A stretch of DNA of 64,000 nucleotides, from NCBI GenBank assembly GCA_026982665.1, contig JALSGQ010000037.1, forward strand, positions 11,762-75,761. The letters are read 5' to 3'. This stretch comes from Hyphomicrobiales bacterium (lineage in GTDB: Bacteria > Pseudomonadota > Alphaproteobacteria > Rhizobiales > Aestuariivirgaceae). The notes under the pieces are model-generated. The model did not search any database, had not been told where the DNA came from, and saw nothing but the letters and a program-made list of their open reading frames with translations. Positions within the stretch are counted from its first letter, which is position 1. Each line of letters starts with the position of its first letter. Below, one piece after another: positions 40,304 to 51,864 of the stretch. The position numbers were made by a program, and so were the translations under genes.

Positions 40304-41494
40304 ATGAGTTTCAGGCGTCTGCATCCCGAGCAGCCGGACCACTTCGAGTTCACGCCGGAGAACCTGGCGTGGGCGAAGGAAGTGATTGCGCGCTATCCTG
40401 AGGGGCGGGAGGCTTCTGCCGTCATTCCGCTGCTGCAGCGGGCGCAGGAGCAGAACGGCGGCTGGGTTACCGAGCCGATGATCCGCACCATCGCCGAGAT
40501 GCTGAACATGCGGCCCATTCGCGTGCTGGAGGTGGCGACCTTCTACACCATGTTCCAGCTCGCCCCGGTGGGGAAGAAGGCGCATGTGTGGGTGTGCGGC
40601 ACCACGCCGTGCCGGCTGCGCGGGGCGGAAGAGCTGATCAAGGTGTGCAAGAAGCGCATCGCGGCGAAGGCGCATCAGCTGTCCGAGGATGGCAACTTCT
40701 CGTGGGAGGAGGTGGAATGCCTTGGCGCCTGTTCCAATGCGCCGATGATCCAGATCGGTGAGCGGGTGTATGAGGATCTCTCGCCGGAGCGGTTCGAGGA
40801 AATTCTCGATGCCATCGCCGAGGCGGAAACGCCGGATGAGTGGCCGCAACCGGGGCCGCAGAACGGGCGCAGGTCATCAGAGCCGCTGGGCGGGCTGACG
40901 TCGCTCAACGATGAATCGCTGTTCAGCAAGGGCTCCGATGCCGAGGCGCTGATTGCCGCCGCGCTGGCGGGCGGCAAGGCTGCGCGCAAGGCCGGTGCGG
41001 AGCAGGCGGTGGCGGAGAAGCGCGCCGAGAAGAAGCCTGCCGCGAAAAAGATTGCATCGAAGAAGAAGGTGGCGGCTGGCGATGCCGGCAAGGCCGGTGC
41101 GGGTGCCGCTGCCTCGGAGAAGGGGGGCACTGCCGCACCATTGCATGGCCTGCTGGATGCGGAGGCGCTGAAGACGGCTTCCACGCCGCCGGCCGAGGAG
41201 GTGGAGAAGGCGGTGCCGAAGGAGCCGAAGCTGTTCGCCGAGCCGCCGGCGCAAATCGATGACCTGAAACTGATTTCCGGCGTCGGGCCGAAGCTGGAGA
41301 AGCTGTTGCATAGCCTGGGCATCTATACCTTCGCGCAGGTGGCGAGCTGGGGACCGGCGGAGATCAAGTGGGTGGACGATCGGCTGAAGTTCAAGGGCCG
41401 CATCGTGCGGGATCAGTGGGTGGAGCAGGCCGCGGCGCTGGCGCTGGGCGGCGAGGAGGAATACATCCGCCGCTTCGGCAAGAAGCCGCGGTGA
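40304..41494 (+). CDS. nuoE: NADH-quinone oxidoreductase subunit E with long C-terminal extension
   Basis: The 2Fe-2S region has [11 protein letters not shown] and [11 protein letters not shown]. About 190 extra residues follow: an Ala/Lys-rich linker and then [31 protein letters not shown]. Confidence 0.9.
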   Translation: MSFRRLHPEQPDHFEFTPENLAWAKEVIARYPEGREASAVIPLLQRAQEQNGGWVTEPMIRTIAEMLNMRPIRVLEVATFYTMFQLAPVGKKAHVWVCGTTPCRLRGAEELIKVCKKRIAAKAHQLSEDGNFSWEEVECLGACSNAPMIQIGERVYEDLSPERFEEILDAIAEAETPDEWPQPGPQNGRRSSEPLGGLTSLNDESLFSKGSDAEALIAAALAGGKAARKAGAEQAVAEKRAEKKPAAKKIASKKKVAAGDAGKAGAGAAASEKGGTAAPLHGLLDAEALKTASTPPAEEVEKAVPKEPKLFAEPPAQIDDLKLISGVGPKLEKLLHSLGIYTFAQVASWGPAEIKWVDDRLKFKGRIVRDQWVEQAAALALGGEEEYIRRFGKKPR

Positions 41495-41623
41495 GTGCTG
41501 TACTTCTCTGGCATGGTCCGGCGGTTGCCTGGTGTGTGGGTTCGGAAGGTGCAGTGTGTTGGTGGGGCATACGTGTTTGGTGCTGAAGCGGAATGCAATG
41601 GCTGAAAGGCTGGGGGCAAGACA

Positions 41624-41836
41624 ATGTCGAGGCTGGATGGTGCTGCCGTGCGGGCGGTGCTCGATGACATGGAGCGCGATCTGGAAAAGATGCATCATGG
41701 GCATGAAAGCATGATGCAGCAACTGAACCGGATGCGTGAACGGATGCAGGCAGTGGAGCAGCAACTGAAAGCGTTGCAAGGCGAATTGGCAGGGTTGGAC
41801 GAGCACCTGGAAAAGGCGGAGGGAGCGGCATCCTGA
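41624..41836 (+). CDS. small coiled-coil ORF inside the nuoE-nuoF spacer
   Basis: 70 aa with heptad-like E/Q/L/M composition and moderate GC3. No family recognised. Confidence 0.4.
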   Translation: MSRLDGAAVRAVLDDMERDLEKMHHGHESMMQQLNRMRERMQAVEQQLKALQGELAGLDEHLEKAEGAAS

Positions 41837-41948
41837 CCACGGGGGTGGGAAGGTTGGTTGCTCGGGCGCAAGTGGCGCATGGTGCATTGTGAAGCAATGC
41901 ACCGCGGATTTTGGGCGGCTGCACAGGAACCGGGAGAGTGAGCGGCAC

Positions 41949-43268
41949 ATGCTGCAGGACAGGGACCGCATATACACGAACCTCTACGGGCTGCATGATC
42001 CGGGCCTGAAGGGCGCGCTGGCGCGCGGGGTCTATGATGGCGTGAAGGGGTTCATCGCCAAGGGGCGCGAGTGGATCATCGAGGAGGTGAAGGAATCCGG
42101 CCTGCGCGGGCGCGGGGGCGCGGGCTTTCCCACCGGCCTGAAGTGGTCGTTCATGCCGCAGGAGGTGGGGGATCGGCCGCATTACCTCATCGTCAATGCC
42201 GACGAATCGGAGCCTGGCACCTGCAAGGATCGCGAGATTCTCAGGCACGACCCGCACCGGCTGATCGAGGGCATGATCCTCGCGTCCTGCGCGGTGCAGG
42301 CGCATACCGCCTACATCTACTTCCGCGGCGAGTTCATGGTGGAGCGCCATGCCTTCGAGAAAGCGGTGCAGGAAGCCTATGATGCACGCATCCTGGGCAA
42401 GAACAGCATCTTCGGCTGGGATCTGGACATCGTCGTGCATCATGGTGCCGGGGCCTACATCTGCGGCGAGGAAACGGCGCTGATCGAATCGATCGAGGGC
42501 AAGAAGGGCCAGCCACGGCTGAAGCCGCCGTTTCCGGCCAATGCCGGGCTGTATGGCTGTCCGTCCACGGTGAACAACGTGGAGAGCATTGCCGACGTGG
42601 GCGAGATCCTGCGCCGTGGCGGCTCATGGTTTGCCGGCATCGGCAAGCCCAACAACACCGGCACCAAGCTGTTCTGCATCTCCGGCCACGTGGAGCGCCC
42701 CTGCGTGGTGGAGGAGGCGATGGGTATCACCTTCCGCGAGCTGATCGACACGCATTGCGGCGGGATCACCGGCGGCTGGGACAACCTGCTGGCCGTCATT
42801 CCCGGCGGCTCGTCGGTGCGGCTGGTGCCGGCGGAGCAGATCATCGACTGCCCGCTGACCTTCGACGACCTGATGAAGCTCGGCTCCGGCCTGGGCACGG
42901 CGGGCATGATCGTGATGGACAAGTCCACCGACATCATCCGCGCCATCTCGCGGCTCATCTACTTCTACAAGCACGAGAGCTGCGGGCAGTGCACGCCGTG
43001 TCGCGAGGGCACGGGCTGGATGTGGCGGGTGCTGGAGCGCATGGCCGAGGGCCGGGCGGAGAAGCGCGAGATCGACCTGCTGTTCGAGGTGTCGAAGGAG
43101 ATCGAGGGCCATACCATCTGCGCGCTGGGCGATGCGGCGGCGTGGCCGGTGCAGGGATTGATCAACCACTTCCGCGACGAGATCGAGCGGCGCATCGACA
43201 GCTACACGGCAAGGGCCGATGCGGAAGGCTCCACCGTGCGGGAAATGGAGCGAGCCGCCAGCGGGTGA
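41949..43268 (+). CDS. nuoF: NADH-quinone oxidoreductase subunit F
   Basis: Motifs: [59 protein letters not shown]. Confidence 0.95.
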   Translation: MLQDRDRIYTNLYGLHDPGLKGALARGVYDGVKGFIAKGREWIIEEVKESGLRGRGGAGFPTGLKWSFMPQEVGDRPHYLIVNADESEPGTCKDREILRHDPHRLIEGMILASCAVQAHTAYIYFRGEFMVERHAFEKAVQEAYDARILGKNSIFGWDLDIVVHHGAGAYICGEETALIESIEGKKGQPRLKPPFPANAGLYGCPSTVNNVESIADVGEILRRGGSWFAGIGKPNNTGTKLFCISGHVERPCVVEEAMGITFRELIDTHCGGITGGWDNLLAVIPGGSSVRLVPAEQIIDCPLTFDDLMKLGSGLGTAGMIVMDKSTDIIRAISRLIYFYKHESCGQCTPCREGTGWMWRVLERMAEGRAEKREIDLLFEVSKEIEGHTICALGDAAAWPVQGLINHFRDEIERRIDSYTARADAEGSTVREMERAASG

Positions 43269-43471
43269 GGGGATGGTTGTGGATGTCCGGGGCAGCCCCG
43301 GGCATGACGGAGGAAAAGGCAGGCACAGAGGTGGGGTGAGAGGTGCAATGGCCCTCCGCGTTCGCGGAGATGATGGTGGTGGAAGCAATGTCGCTTCACC
43401 GTTGTGTTCGGGGTTGACGAGAAGACGAGACGCCAGCGAAGGGCGCAAGGGGACAGGAGAGGCAGCAGGCG

Positions 43472-45583
43472 ATGCCGAAGGTGAAGATAGATGGCCAGCT
43501 CATCGAGGTGCCGGATGGCACCACGTTGCTGCAGGCTTGCGAAAAGGCCGGCAAGGAAGTGCCGCGCTTCTGCTATCATGAGCGGCTGTCGGTGGCCGGC
43601 AACTGCCGCATGTGCCTGGTGGAAGTGAAGGGCATGCCGAAGCCGATGGCTTCCTGTGCGCTGTCGGTGAACGACCTGCGCCCCGGCCCGGACGGCGAGC
43701 CGCCGGAGGTATTCACCGAATCGGAGACGGCGCGCAAGGCGCGGCACGGGGTGCTGGAGTTTCTGCTCATCAACCACCCGCTGGACTGCCCCATCTGCGA
43801 CCAGGGCGGCGAGTGCGACCTGCAGGATCAGGCGCTGGGTTTCGGGCGCGGCGTGTCGCGCTTTGCCGAGGCCAAGCGGGCGGTGGAGGAGCGCTACATC
43901 AGCCCGCTGATCAAGACCATCATGACGCGCTGCATCAAGTGCACCCGCTGCGTGCGTTTCATCGCCGATGTCGCCGGGCTGGGCGACCTGGGGGCGACGG
44001 GGCGTGGCGAGAACGTGGAGATCACCACCTATCTGGATGCGGCGCTCGATACCGAGCTGGTGGGCAACATCGTGGACGTGTGCCCGGTGGGGGCGCTGAC
44101 CCATGCGCCCTATGCCTATCACGCGCGGCCCTGGGAGCTGAGCAAGACCGAGACCATCGACGTGATGGACGGCATGGGCAGCAACATCCGGGTGGATGCG
44201 AAGTTCGACCGGGTGATGCGCATTCTCCCGAGGCTGCACGAGGACATCAACGAGGAGTGGATCTCCGACAAGACGCGCAACATCGCCGATGGCTTGCGCT
44301 CGCGGCGGCTGGATCGCCCGTGGGTGCGCGGCAGCGATGGCAAGCTGCGCGAGGCGACGTGGGAAGAGGCGCTGGCGAAGCTGGCCGAGGCCTTCCCGAA
44401 CGATGCGCCGGAGAAGGCCGCCGGGCTGGCCGGGGAGTTCGTGCCGGCAGAAGAGGCCTTCGCGTTCAAGCGGCTCATGGAGGCGCTGGGTGTGGCCAGC
44501 GTGGACTGCCGCCCGGAGCACGTGAAGCTGGGCGAGCTTGGTGGGCGCGCGGGCTACCTGTTCAATCCCACCATCGCCGGCATCGACGAGGCCGACGCCA
44601 TTCTGCTGATCGGCACCAATCCGCGGCTGGAGGCGGCGGTGCTGAACACGCGCATTCACCGGGCGTGGTTCGACCGCGATGCGCAGATCGGCGTCATCGG
44701 CGAGGCCATCGACGTTACCTACGACTATGCGCACCTGGGTGATGGCCCCCAGGTGCTGGCCGAGCTGGCGGCGGGCAAGGGCGATTTCCTCAAGGTGCTG
44801 AAGCAGGCGGAAAAACCGCTTGTCATCGTCGGCATGGGGGCATTGCGGCGGCCCGATGGCGAGGCCATCTGGGCGCTGGCGGCAAAGCTGGCGCTGGATG
44901 TCGGTGCGGTGCGCGACGGCTGGAACGGCTTCGGCGTGCTGCACACGGACATGGGACTGCCCTCGGGGCTGGAGGCGGGCTGCCTGCCGGGCGAGGGTGG
45001 GCGCGATACCGCGGCCATCCTGCAGGCTGCCGAATCGGGCGAGCTGTCGTTCCTGTGGCTGCTGCATGCCGACGAGCTGCCCATGCAGCGCATCGGTAGC
45101 GACGTGTTCGTGGTCTATCAGGGCAGCCACGGCGATGCCGGGGCGGAGCGGGCGGACGTGATCCTGCCCGGAGCGGCATTTACCGAGAAGAACGCCACCT
45201 GGGTGAACATGGAAGGGCGTCCGCAACTGGGCCTGCGGGCGGTGCTGCCGCCGGGCGAGGCGCGGGAGGATCAGCGCATCATTGCCGATGTGGCGCGCAT
45301 CCTGGGGGCGGAAGAGGCCGTTTTCGACACGCCGGCGGCGCTGCGGCAGGCGTTGTATGACACTGCGCCGCACCTTGCGGATATTGACCGCATCACCCCG
45401 GCTGATGCATCTGCCTTGAACACCCTGGCGGAAAGAGCTGATGCATCGGCGCTGGATGATGCGCCGCTGAAGACGCCGGTTGCGGATTTCTGGCTGAGCA
45501 ACGCCATTGCCCGCAGCTCGGAGATCATGCAGCGCATGAGCGCGTTCGTGCGCGGGGAGGGGAGCAGGGAGGCAGCCGAATGA
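43472..45583 (+). CDS. nuoG: NADH-quinone oxidoreductase subunit G
   Basis: Motifs: [57 protein letters not shown]. Confidence 0.95.
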   Translation: MPKVKIDGQLIEVPDGTTLLQACEKAGKEVPRFCYHERLSVAGNCRMCLVEVKGMPKPMASCALSVNDLRPGPDGEPPEVFTESETARKARHGVLEFLLINHPLDCPICDQGGECDLQDQALGFGRGVSRFAEAKRAVEERYISPLIKTIMTRCIKCTRCVRFIADVAGLGDLGATGRGENVEITTYLDAALDTELVGNIVDVCPVGALTHAPYAYHARPWELSKTETIDVMDGMGSNIRVDAKFDRVMRILPRLHEDINEEWISDKTRNIADGLRSRRLDRPWVRGSDGKLREATWEEALAKLAEAFPNDAPEKAAGLAGEFVPAEEAFAFKRLMEALGVASVDCRPEHVKLGELGGRAGYLFNPTIAGIDEADAILLIGTNPRLEAAVLNTRIHRAWFDRDAQIGVIGEAIDVTYDYAHLGDGPQVLAELAAGKGDFLKVLKQAEKPLVIVGMGALRRPDGEAIWALAAKLALDVGAVRDGWNGFGVLHTDMGLPSGLEAGCLPGEGGRDTAAILQAAESGELSFLWLLHADELPMQRIGSDVFVVYQGSHGDAGAERADVILPGAAFTEKNATWVNMEGRPQLGLRAVLPPGEAREDQRIIADVARILGAEEAVFDTPAALRQALYDTAPHLADIDRITPADASALNTLAERADASALDDAPLKTPVADFWLSNAIARSSEIMQRMSAFVRGEGSREAAE

Positions 45584-46620
45584 GCCTTTGGGACACGGCA
45601 TTGATGCTGCTGTGGATCGCCTTCAAGAGCGTTCTGCTTCTGGTGATCCTGCTGGTGGCGCTGGCCATGCTCATCTACGTGGACCGCAAGGTGTGGGCGG
45701 CGGTGCAGATGCGCCGCGGGCCGAACGTGGTGGGGCCATTCGGGCTGTTGCAGTCGTTTGCCGACCTCATCAAGTTCGTGCTGAAAGAGGTGGTGGTGCC
45801 AGATGCCACCAACAAGGGCCTGTTCATCGCCGCGCCGCTGATCACCACGATATTGGCGCTGTCCACCTGGGCGGTGATCCCCACCAACGCCGGCTGGGCC
45901 ATCGCCGACATCAACGTCGGCATCCTCTACCTGTTCGCCATCTCGTCGCTGATGGTCTATGGCACCATCATCGGCGGCTGGGCGTCCAACTCCAAGTATC
46001 CGTTCCTTGCCGCGCTGCGCGAATCGGCGCAGATGATCTCCTATGAAGTGTCCATCGGCTTCGTCATCATCACCGTGCTGCTGGTGGCAGGCTCCCTGAA
46101 CCTGTCGGAGATCGTGCTGGCGCAGAACAGCGGGCTGGGCACGGCGCTGGGGCTGCCGAACTCGTTCCTCGACTGGTACTGGCTGCCGCTGCTGCCGATG
46201 TTCGTCATCTTCTTCATCTCGGCGCTGGCGGAGACGCAGCGCCCGCCGTTCGACCTCATCGAGGCGGAGTCGGAGCTGGTGGCCGGGCACATGGTGGAAT
46301 ATTCCTCCACGCCGTATCTGCTGTTCATGCTGGGGGAATACGTGGCCATCACCCTGATGTGCGCGATGATGACCATCCTGTTCCTCGGCGGCTGGCTGCC
46401 GATCATCGACATTCCGCCGTTCAACTGGATACCGGGCGTGGTGTGGTTCACGCTGAAGGCGCTGCTGATATTCTTCATGTTCGCGCTGGTGAAGGCCTTC
46501 GTGCCGCGCTACCGCTTCGACCAGCTCATGCGGCTGGGGTGGAAGGTGTTCCTGCCCATCTCGCTGTTCTACGTGGTGCTGGTGGCGGGTGTGCTGGTGG
46601 CCTTTGACCTGGCACCGTGA
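45580..46620 (+). CDS. nuoH: NADH-quinone oxidoreductase subunit H
   Basis: ATGA overlap with nuoG. Motifs: [43 protein letters not shown]. Confidence 0.95.
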   Translation: MSLWDTALMLLWIAFKSVLLLVILLVALAMLIYVDRKVWAAVQMRRGPNVVGPFGLLQSFADLIKFVLKEVVVPDATNKGLFIAAPLITTILALSTWAVIPTNAGWAIADINVGILYLFAISSLMVYGTIIGGWASNSKYPFLAALRESAQMISYEVSIGFVIITVLLVAGSLNLSEIVLAQNSGLGTALGLPNSFLDWYWLPLLPMFVIFFISALAETQRPPFDLIEAESELVAGHMVEYSSTPYLLFMLGEYVAITLMCAMMTILFLGGWLPIIDIPPFNWIPGVVWFTLKALLIFFMFALVKAFVPRYRFDQLMRLGWKVFLPISLFYVVLVAGVLVAFDLAP

Positions 46621-46633
46621 GGGAGGAGCGATC

Positions 46634-47122
46634 ATGGGCATTCAACAGAAAATCGGGTCGCTGTTCCTGAAGGAATTCGTGCAGGCCATTGCGCTGTCCA
46701 TGCGCTACTTCTTCGCGCCGAAGGCGACCATCGACTATCCGTTCGAGAAGGGCTACATCTCGCCGCGGTTCCGGGGTGAGCATGCGCTGAGGCGCTATCC
46801 CAACGGCGAGGAGCGCTGCATCGCCTGCAAGCTGTGCGAGGCGGCGTGCCCGGCGCAGGCCATCCACATCGAGGCCGGGCCGCGGCAGGAGGACGGCTCG
46901 CGCCGCACCACGCGCTATGACATCGACATGACCAAGTGCATCTACTGCGGCTTCTGCCAGGAGGCCTGCCCGGTGGATGCCATCGTCGAGGGGCCGAACT
47001 TCGAGTTCGCCACCGAAACGCGCGAGGAGCTGTTCTACACCAAGGAGAAGCTGCTGGCGAACGGCGATCGCTGGGAGCGCGAGCTGGCGCTGAACATCCG
47101 GCTGGATGCGCCGTATCGGTAA
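46634..47122 (+). CDS. nuoI: NADH-quinone oxidoreductase subunit I
   Basis: Two CxxCxxCxxxCP motifs: [12 protein letters not shown] and [23 protein letters not shown]. Confidence 0.95.
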   Translation: MGIQQKIGSLFLKEFVQAIALSMRYFFAPKATIDYPFEKGYISPRFRGEHALRRYPNGEERCIACKLCEAACPAQAIHIEAGPRQEDGSRRTTRYDIDMTKCIYCGFCQEACPVDAIVEGPNFEFATETREELFYTKEKLLANGDRWERELALNIRLDAPYR

Positions 47123-47263
47123 AGCGGCAGGTGTGGGAGACTGTGGCCGTGGATTGCCGGGGCAGGCCCGGCAATGACGGAGAGGAAAGGGGCCGCAAGG
47201 CGGGCCCGAGAGGATGACAGGCAGGGGAACCCGAAGGCGGGGGAAGAGGGGAAAGAGAAACAG

Positions 47264-47869
47264 ATGATCGTGCAGTTCTTCTTCTACCTGTTTGCAGCGC
47301 TGCTGCTGATATCCGGGTTGCTGGTGATTACCTTGCGCAACCCGGTGCATGCGGTGCTGTTTCTCATCCTCGCCTTCTTCAATGGCGCGGGGCTGTTCCT
47401 GCTGGCCGGGGCGGAGTTCCTGGCGATGATCCTGCTGGTGGTCTATGTGGGCGCGGTGCTGGTGCTGTTCCTGTTCATCATCATGATGCTGGACATCGAC
47501 TTCGCCGAGCTGCGCGCCGGGTTCACCAGGGTGTTGCCGCTGGGGCTGCTGGTAGGCGGCGTGCTGGTGGCGGAGCTGGTGATGGTGTTCCTGGCATGGC
47601 AGCCCTCGCCGATGGCGGAGAAACTGCGCATGGCCGCCACGCCGGAAGGGGTGAACAATACCGAGGCACTGGGGCGCATTCTCTATACCGATCACGTGTT
47701 CTTCTTTCAGGCGGCGGGGATGATCCTGCTGGTGGCGATGATCGGCGCCATCGTGCTGAGCCTGCATCACCGCCGCGACGTGAAGCGGCAGGATGTCGCG
47801 AAGCAGGTGGCGCGCCGGCGCGAGGAAGGCGTGCGATTGGTAGATGTGAAGCCGGGGGAGGGGCTGTGA
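47264..47869 (+). CDS. nuoJ: NADH-quinone oxidoreductase subunit J
   Basis: [39 protein letters not shown] ... [12 protein letters not shown]. Confidence 0.9.
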   Translation: MIVQFFFYLFAALLLISGLLVITLRNPVHAVLFLILAFFNGAGLFLLAGAEFLAMILLVVYVGAVLVLFLFIIMMLDIDFAELRAGFTRVLPLGLLVGGVLVAELVMVFLAWQPSPMAEKLRMAATPEGVNNTEALGRILYTDHVFFFQAAGMILLVAMIGAIVLSLHHRRDVKRQDVAKQVARRREEGVRLVDVKPGEGL

Positions 47870-48177
47870 TGGCAATCGGTCTGGCGCATTTCCTGACGGT
47901 GGCGGCCATCCTGTTCACCATCGGGGTGTTCGGCATCTTCCTGAACCGCAAGAACGTCATCGTCATCCTGATGTCGGTGGAGCTGATGCTGCTGGCGGTG
48001 AACATCAACCTGGTGGCCTTCTCGGCCCACCTGGGCGACCTGATGGGGCAGGTGTTCTCGCTGCTGGTGCTGACCGTGGCAGCGGCGGAGGCTGCCATCG
48101 GGCTGGCCATCCTGGTTGTATATTACCGCAACCGCGGTTCCATCGCGGTGGACGACATCAACACCATGAAGGGCTGA
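47869..48177 (+). CDS. nuoK: NADH-quinone oxidoreductase subunit K
   Basis: ATGA-type overlap with nuoJ. Motifs: [32 protein letters not shown]. Confidence 0.93.
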   Translation: MAIGLAHFLTVAAILFTIGVFGIFLNRKNVIVILMSVELMLLAVNINLVAFSAHLGDLMGQVFSLLVLTVAAAEAAIGLAILVVYYRNRGSIAVDDINTMKG

Positions 48178-48202
48178 ACGGGGCCTTGAGAGGAGGGAAG
48201 GC

Positions 48203-50212
48203 GTGGAAACGCTGCTGAAACTCATCGTTTTTCTGCCGCTGCTTGGGGCCATTCTGGCCGGGCTGGGCGGAACGGCGGTGTTCCGCTACATCGGAAGCGC
48301 GCCGCCGGTGCAGGATGCCCATGATGATGATGACGGGCATCACCACCATCATTACGACGGGCCGCGCTGGCCGATGCTGCTGACCACCGCCTTGCTGATG
48401 GTAACGGCGGTGCTGTCGTGGATTGCCTTCTTCGATGTCATCAGCGGCAACACCTACAAGGTGGTGCTGATGGAGTGGGTGCGCTCCGGCGAGATGACGG
48501 CGAGCTGGGCGCTGAGGGTGGATACGCTCACTGCCGTGATGCTGGTGGTGGTAACCACCGTCTCGGCGCTGGTGCACCTCTACTCGCTGGGCTACATGAG
48601 CCATGACCCGCATCAGCCGCGCTTTTTCTCCTACCTGTCGCTGTTCACCTTTGCCATGCTGATGCTGGTTACCAGCGACAACCTGCTGCAGATGTTCTTC
48701 GGCTGGGAAGGTGTGGGTCTGGCCTCCTACCTGCTCATCGGCTTCTGGTACAATCGCGATTCGGCCAACGCGGCGGCAATCAAGGCCTTCGTGGTGAACC
48801 GCGTGGGCGACTTCGGCTTCGCGCTTGGCATCTTTGCGGCCTTCGTGCTGTTCGGTTCCATCGAGTTCGATCCCATCTTTGCCGCCGCCGGCGAGATGCA
48901 GGGCAAGACGCTGACCTTCCTGGGCTGGGAGGTGCCGGCGCTGGAACTGGTGGCGCTGTTGCTGTTCATGGGCGCGATGGGCAAGTCGGCACAGTTCCTG
49001 CTGCACACCTGGTTGCCTGACGCCATGGAGGGCCCGACGCCGGTGTCCGCCCTCATCCACGCGGCGACGATGGTTACCGCCGGCGTGTTCCTGGTAGCGC
49101 GCATGTCGCCCGTTTACGAGCTGGCACCGTTCACGCAGGACGTGGTGGTGGTCATTGGTGCCATTACCGCCTTCTTCGCCGCCACCGTGGGGCTGGTGCA
49201 GAACGACATCAAGCGCATCATCGCCTATTCCACCTGCTCGCAGCTCGGCTACATGTTCGTGGCCATGGGCATCGGTGCCTATGGCGTGGGCATGTTCCAC
49301 CTGTTCACGCACGCCTTCTTCAAGGCGCTGCTGTTTCTTGGAGCCGGCTCGGCCATTCATGCCATGAGCGATGAGCAGGACATCTGGCGCATGGGCGGGC
49401 TGAAGAACTACATTCCACGCACCTATGCAATGATGCTCATCGGCACGCTGGCGCTCACAGGCTTTCCGTTCACTGCCGGGTATTTCTCCAAGGACGCCAT
49501 CATCGAGGCAGCTTTTGCGGCGCACGAGCCGCTGGCGATGACGGCTTTCTGGCTGCTGGTGGTGGCAGCGCTGTTCACCTCCTTCTACTCGTGGCGGCTG
49601 ATGCTGGTGGTGTTCCATGGCAAGCCCCGGGCCTCGCGCGAGACGCTGGCGCGGGTGCATGAAAGCCCGCTGGTGATGATGCTGCCGCTGTATGTGCTGG
49701 CGCTGGGAGCGCTGTTCGCCGGCTGGCTGTTCAAGGACTGGTTCATCGGCGCGGCCGAGGCCGAGTTCTGGGGTGCGGCGCTGTATCGGGCGGCGGACAA
49801 CGACATCGTGCAGGCGTTGCACCACGTGCCGGCGTGGGTGGTGTGGTCGCCGTTCGTGATGATGGTCATCGGCTTCTCGGTGGCGGTGCTGTTCTACGTG
49901 GTGAAGACAGACCTGCCGGAGAAGCTGGCGACGGCTCTCAGGCCACTCTATCTGTTCCTGCTCAACAAGTGGTATTTCGACGAACTTTACGACTGGCTGT
50001 TCGTGCGCCCGGCATTTGCCTTCGGCCGCCTGTTCTGGAAGGTGGGAGACCAGAAGATCATCGACGGGCTGGGGCCGAATGGCGTTGCCGCCAGGGTGCT
50101 GAACCTGGGCAGCATCACCTCACGCCTGCAGAGCGGATATGTCTATCACTATGCATTCGCCATGCTGCTGGGCATTGCCGGGCTGCTGACATGGCTGATG
50201 ATGGGAGGCTGA
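48203..50212 (+). CDS. nuoL: NADH-quinone oxidoreductase subunit L
   Basis: GTG start after AGGAGGG. Motifs: [51 protein letters not shown]. Has an Asp/His-rich insert near the N-terminus. Confidence 0.93.
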   Translation: METLLKLIVFLPLLGAILAGLGGTAVFRYIGSAPPVQDAHDDDDGHHHHHYDGPRWPMLLTTALLMVTAVLSWIAFFDVISGNTYKVVLMEWVRSGEMTASWALRVDTLTAVMLVVVTTVSALVHLYSLGYMSHDPHQPRFFSYLSLFTFAMLMLVTSDNLLQMFFGWEGVGLASYLLIGFWYNRDSANAAAIKAFVVNRVGDFGFALGIFAAFVLFGSIEFDPIFAAAGEMQGKTLTFLGWEVPALELVALLLFMGAMGKSAQFLLHTWLPDAMEGPTPVSALIHAATMVTAGVFLVARMSPVYELAPFTQDVVVVIGAITAFFAATVGLVQNDIKRIIAYSTCSQLGYMFVAMGIGAYGVGMFHLFTHAFFKALLFLGAGSAIHAMSDEQDIWRMGGLKNYIPRTYAMMLIGTLALTGFPFTAGYFSKDAIIEAAFAAHEPLAMTAFWLLVVAALFTSFYSWRLMLVVFHGKPRASRETLARVHESPLVMMLPLYVLALGALFAGWLFKDWFIGAAEAEFWGAALYRAADNDIVQALHHVPAWVVWSPFVMMVIGFSVAVLFYVVKTDLPEKLATALRPLYLFLLNKWYFDELYDWLFVRPAFAFGRLFWKVGDQKIIDGLGPNGVAARVLNLGSITSRLQSGYVYHYAFAMLLGIAGLLTWLMMGG

Positions 50213-50219
50213 GCACACC

Positions 50220-51740
50220 ATGACCGACTGGCCGATACTTTCCGTCATCACCTTCCTGCCGTTGATCGGCGCGCTGTTCATCCTCGTCATCCGCGGGGAC
50301 GATGAAGTGGCGCGGCGCAACATGCGGGCGACGGCGCTGTTCACCACGCTGTTCACCTTCGCCATCAGCCTGCTGCTGCTGGCCGGGTTCGATCCGGATG
50401 CCGCCGGGTTCCAGTTCGAGGAACGGCGCACGTGGTTCGGGCTGATGAACTATCACGTGGGCGTGGATGGCATCAGCCTGCCGTTCGTGCTGCTCACCAC
50501 CTTCCTGATGCCCGGTGTCATCCTGGCCTCGTGGAACGTGAAAAAGCGCCTGAAGGAATATCTCATCGCCTTCCTGGTGTTGCAGACGCTCATGGTGGGC
50601 GTGTTCGTGGCGCTGGACCTGGTGCTGTTCTACCTGTTCTTCGAGGGCGCGCTGATCCCGATGTTCCTCATCATCGGCATCTGGGGCGGGGCGCGGCGCA
50701 TCTATGCCAGCTTCAAGTTCTTCCTCTACACGCTGGCCGGTTCGGTGCTGATGCTGCTGGCGATGATCGTCATCTACTGGCAGACGGGCACCACGGACAT
50801 TGCGCAGATCCTCTCAAGCCCATCCACCCTGCCGGTGGACTTGCAGAAATGGCTGTGGCTGGCGTTCTTCGCCTCCTTCGCGGTGAAGATGCCGATGTGG
50901 CCGGTGCACACCTGGCTGCCGGATGCGCACGTGGAGGCGCCGACGGCCGGCTCGGTGGTGCTGGCAGCCATCCTGCTGAAGATGGGGGGCTACGGCTTCC
51001 TGCGGTTCTCGCTGCCGATGTTCCCGGCGGCCAGCGAGTTCTTCGCGCCGCTGGTGTTCGTGCTCTCGGTCGTGGCCATCATCTATACCTCGCTGGTGGC
51101 CATGGTGCAGGAGGACATCAAGAAGCTCATCGCCTATTCCTCGGTGGCGCACATGGGCTTCGTTACCATGGGCATCTTCGCGCTGAACAAGCAGGGCGTG
51201 GATGGCGCGATGTTCGTGATGATCTCGCACGGGCTGGTGTCCGGCGCGCTGTTTCTCATCGTCGGCGTCATCTATGACCGCATGCACACGCGCGAGATTG
51301 CTGCCTATGGCGGGCTGGTGCACCGCATGCCGCTTTATGCCTTCATATTCATGCTGTTCACCATGGCCAACGTGGGGTTGCCGGGCACGTCGGGCTTCGT
51401 GGGCGAGTTCCTGGCGCTGACGGGGGCGTTCGTTACCAACACGTGGGTGGCCTTCTTCGCCACCACCGGCGTCATCCTGTCGGCGGCCTATGCGCTGTAT
51501 CTGTATCGGCGCGTCATCTTCGGTCCGCTGCAGAAGCGCGAGCTGAAACAGATTGCCGACATGAACTGGCGGGAGGCCGCCGTGCTGCTGCCGCTGGCGG
51601 TGCTGACCATCTGGTTCGGCGTGCAGCCCGGCGCGGTGATTTCCCTGTATGACAACGCGGTGAACACGCTGCTGGGGCAGGTAAGCGCCGGGCTGGAGCT
51701 GGCCAATGGCGTGGTGAAGGAGGCGGCAGCGCGGCCGTGA
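50220..51740 (+). CDS. nuoM: NADH-quinone oxidoreductase subunit M
   Basis: Motifs: [55 protein letters not shown]. Confidence 0.93.
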   Translation: MTDWPILSVITFLPLIGALFILVIRGDDEVARRNMRATALFTTLFTFAISLLLLAGFDPDAAGFQFEERRTWFGLMNYHVGVDGISLPFVLLTTFLMPGVILASWNVKKRLKEYLIAFLVLQTLMVGVFVALDLVLFYLFFEGALIPMFLIIGIWGGARRIYASFKFFLYTLAGSVLMLLAMIVIYWQTGTTDIAQILSSPSTLPVDLQKWLWLAFFASFAVKMPMWPVHTWLPDAHVEAPTAGSVVLAAILLKMGGYGFLRFSLPMFPAASEFFAPLVFVLSVVAIIYTSLVAMVQEDIKKLIAYSSVAHMGFVTMGIFALNKQGVDGAMFVMISHGLVSGALFLIVGVIYDRMHTREIAAYGGLVHRMPLYAFIFMLFTMANVGLPGTSGFVGEFLALTGAFVTNTWVAFFATTGVILSAAYALYLYRRVIFGPLQKRELKQIADMNWREAAVLLPLAVLTIWFGVQPGAVISLYDNAVNTLLGQVSAGLELANGVVKEAAARP

Positions 51741-51864
51741 TGCCATGTGGGCAGGGTGATTGGTGTTGCGAAGTGAGTGATACCGCGGATGCGCCGGGCA
51801 GGACCATGATGGCGAAGGCCGGCAGGCGGCGCGGGAGCATGGACGGCAGGCAAGGCAACAACGG

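Noticed and set aside
47174-47263. In-frame upstream extensions of nuo genes: nuoJ from 47174, nuoI from 46589, nuoB from 37475, nuoA from 37000, nuoF from 41889
   Set aside because: The extensions are purine/Arg/Gly-rich and lack family similarity. Good Shine-Dalgarno sequences precede the internal ATGs, and these give the canonical N-termini.
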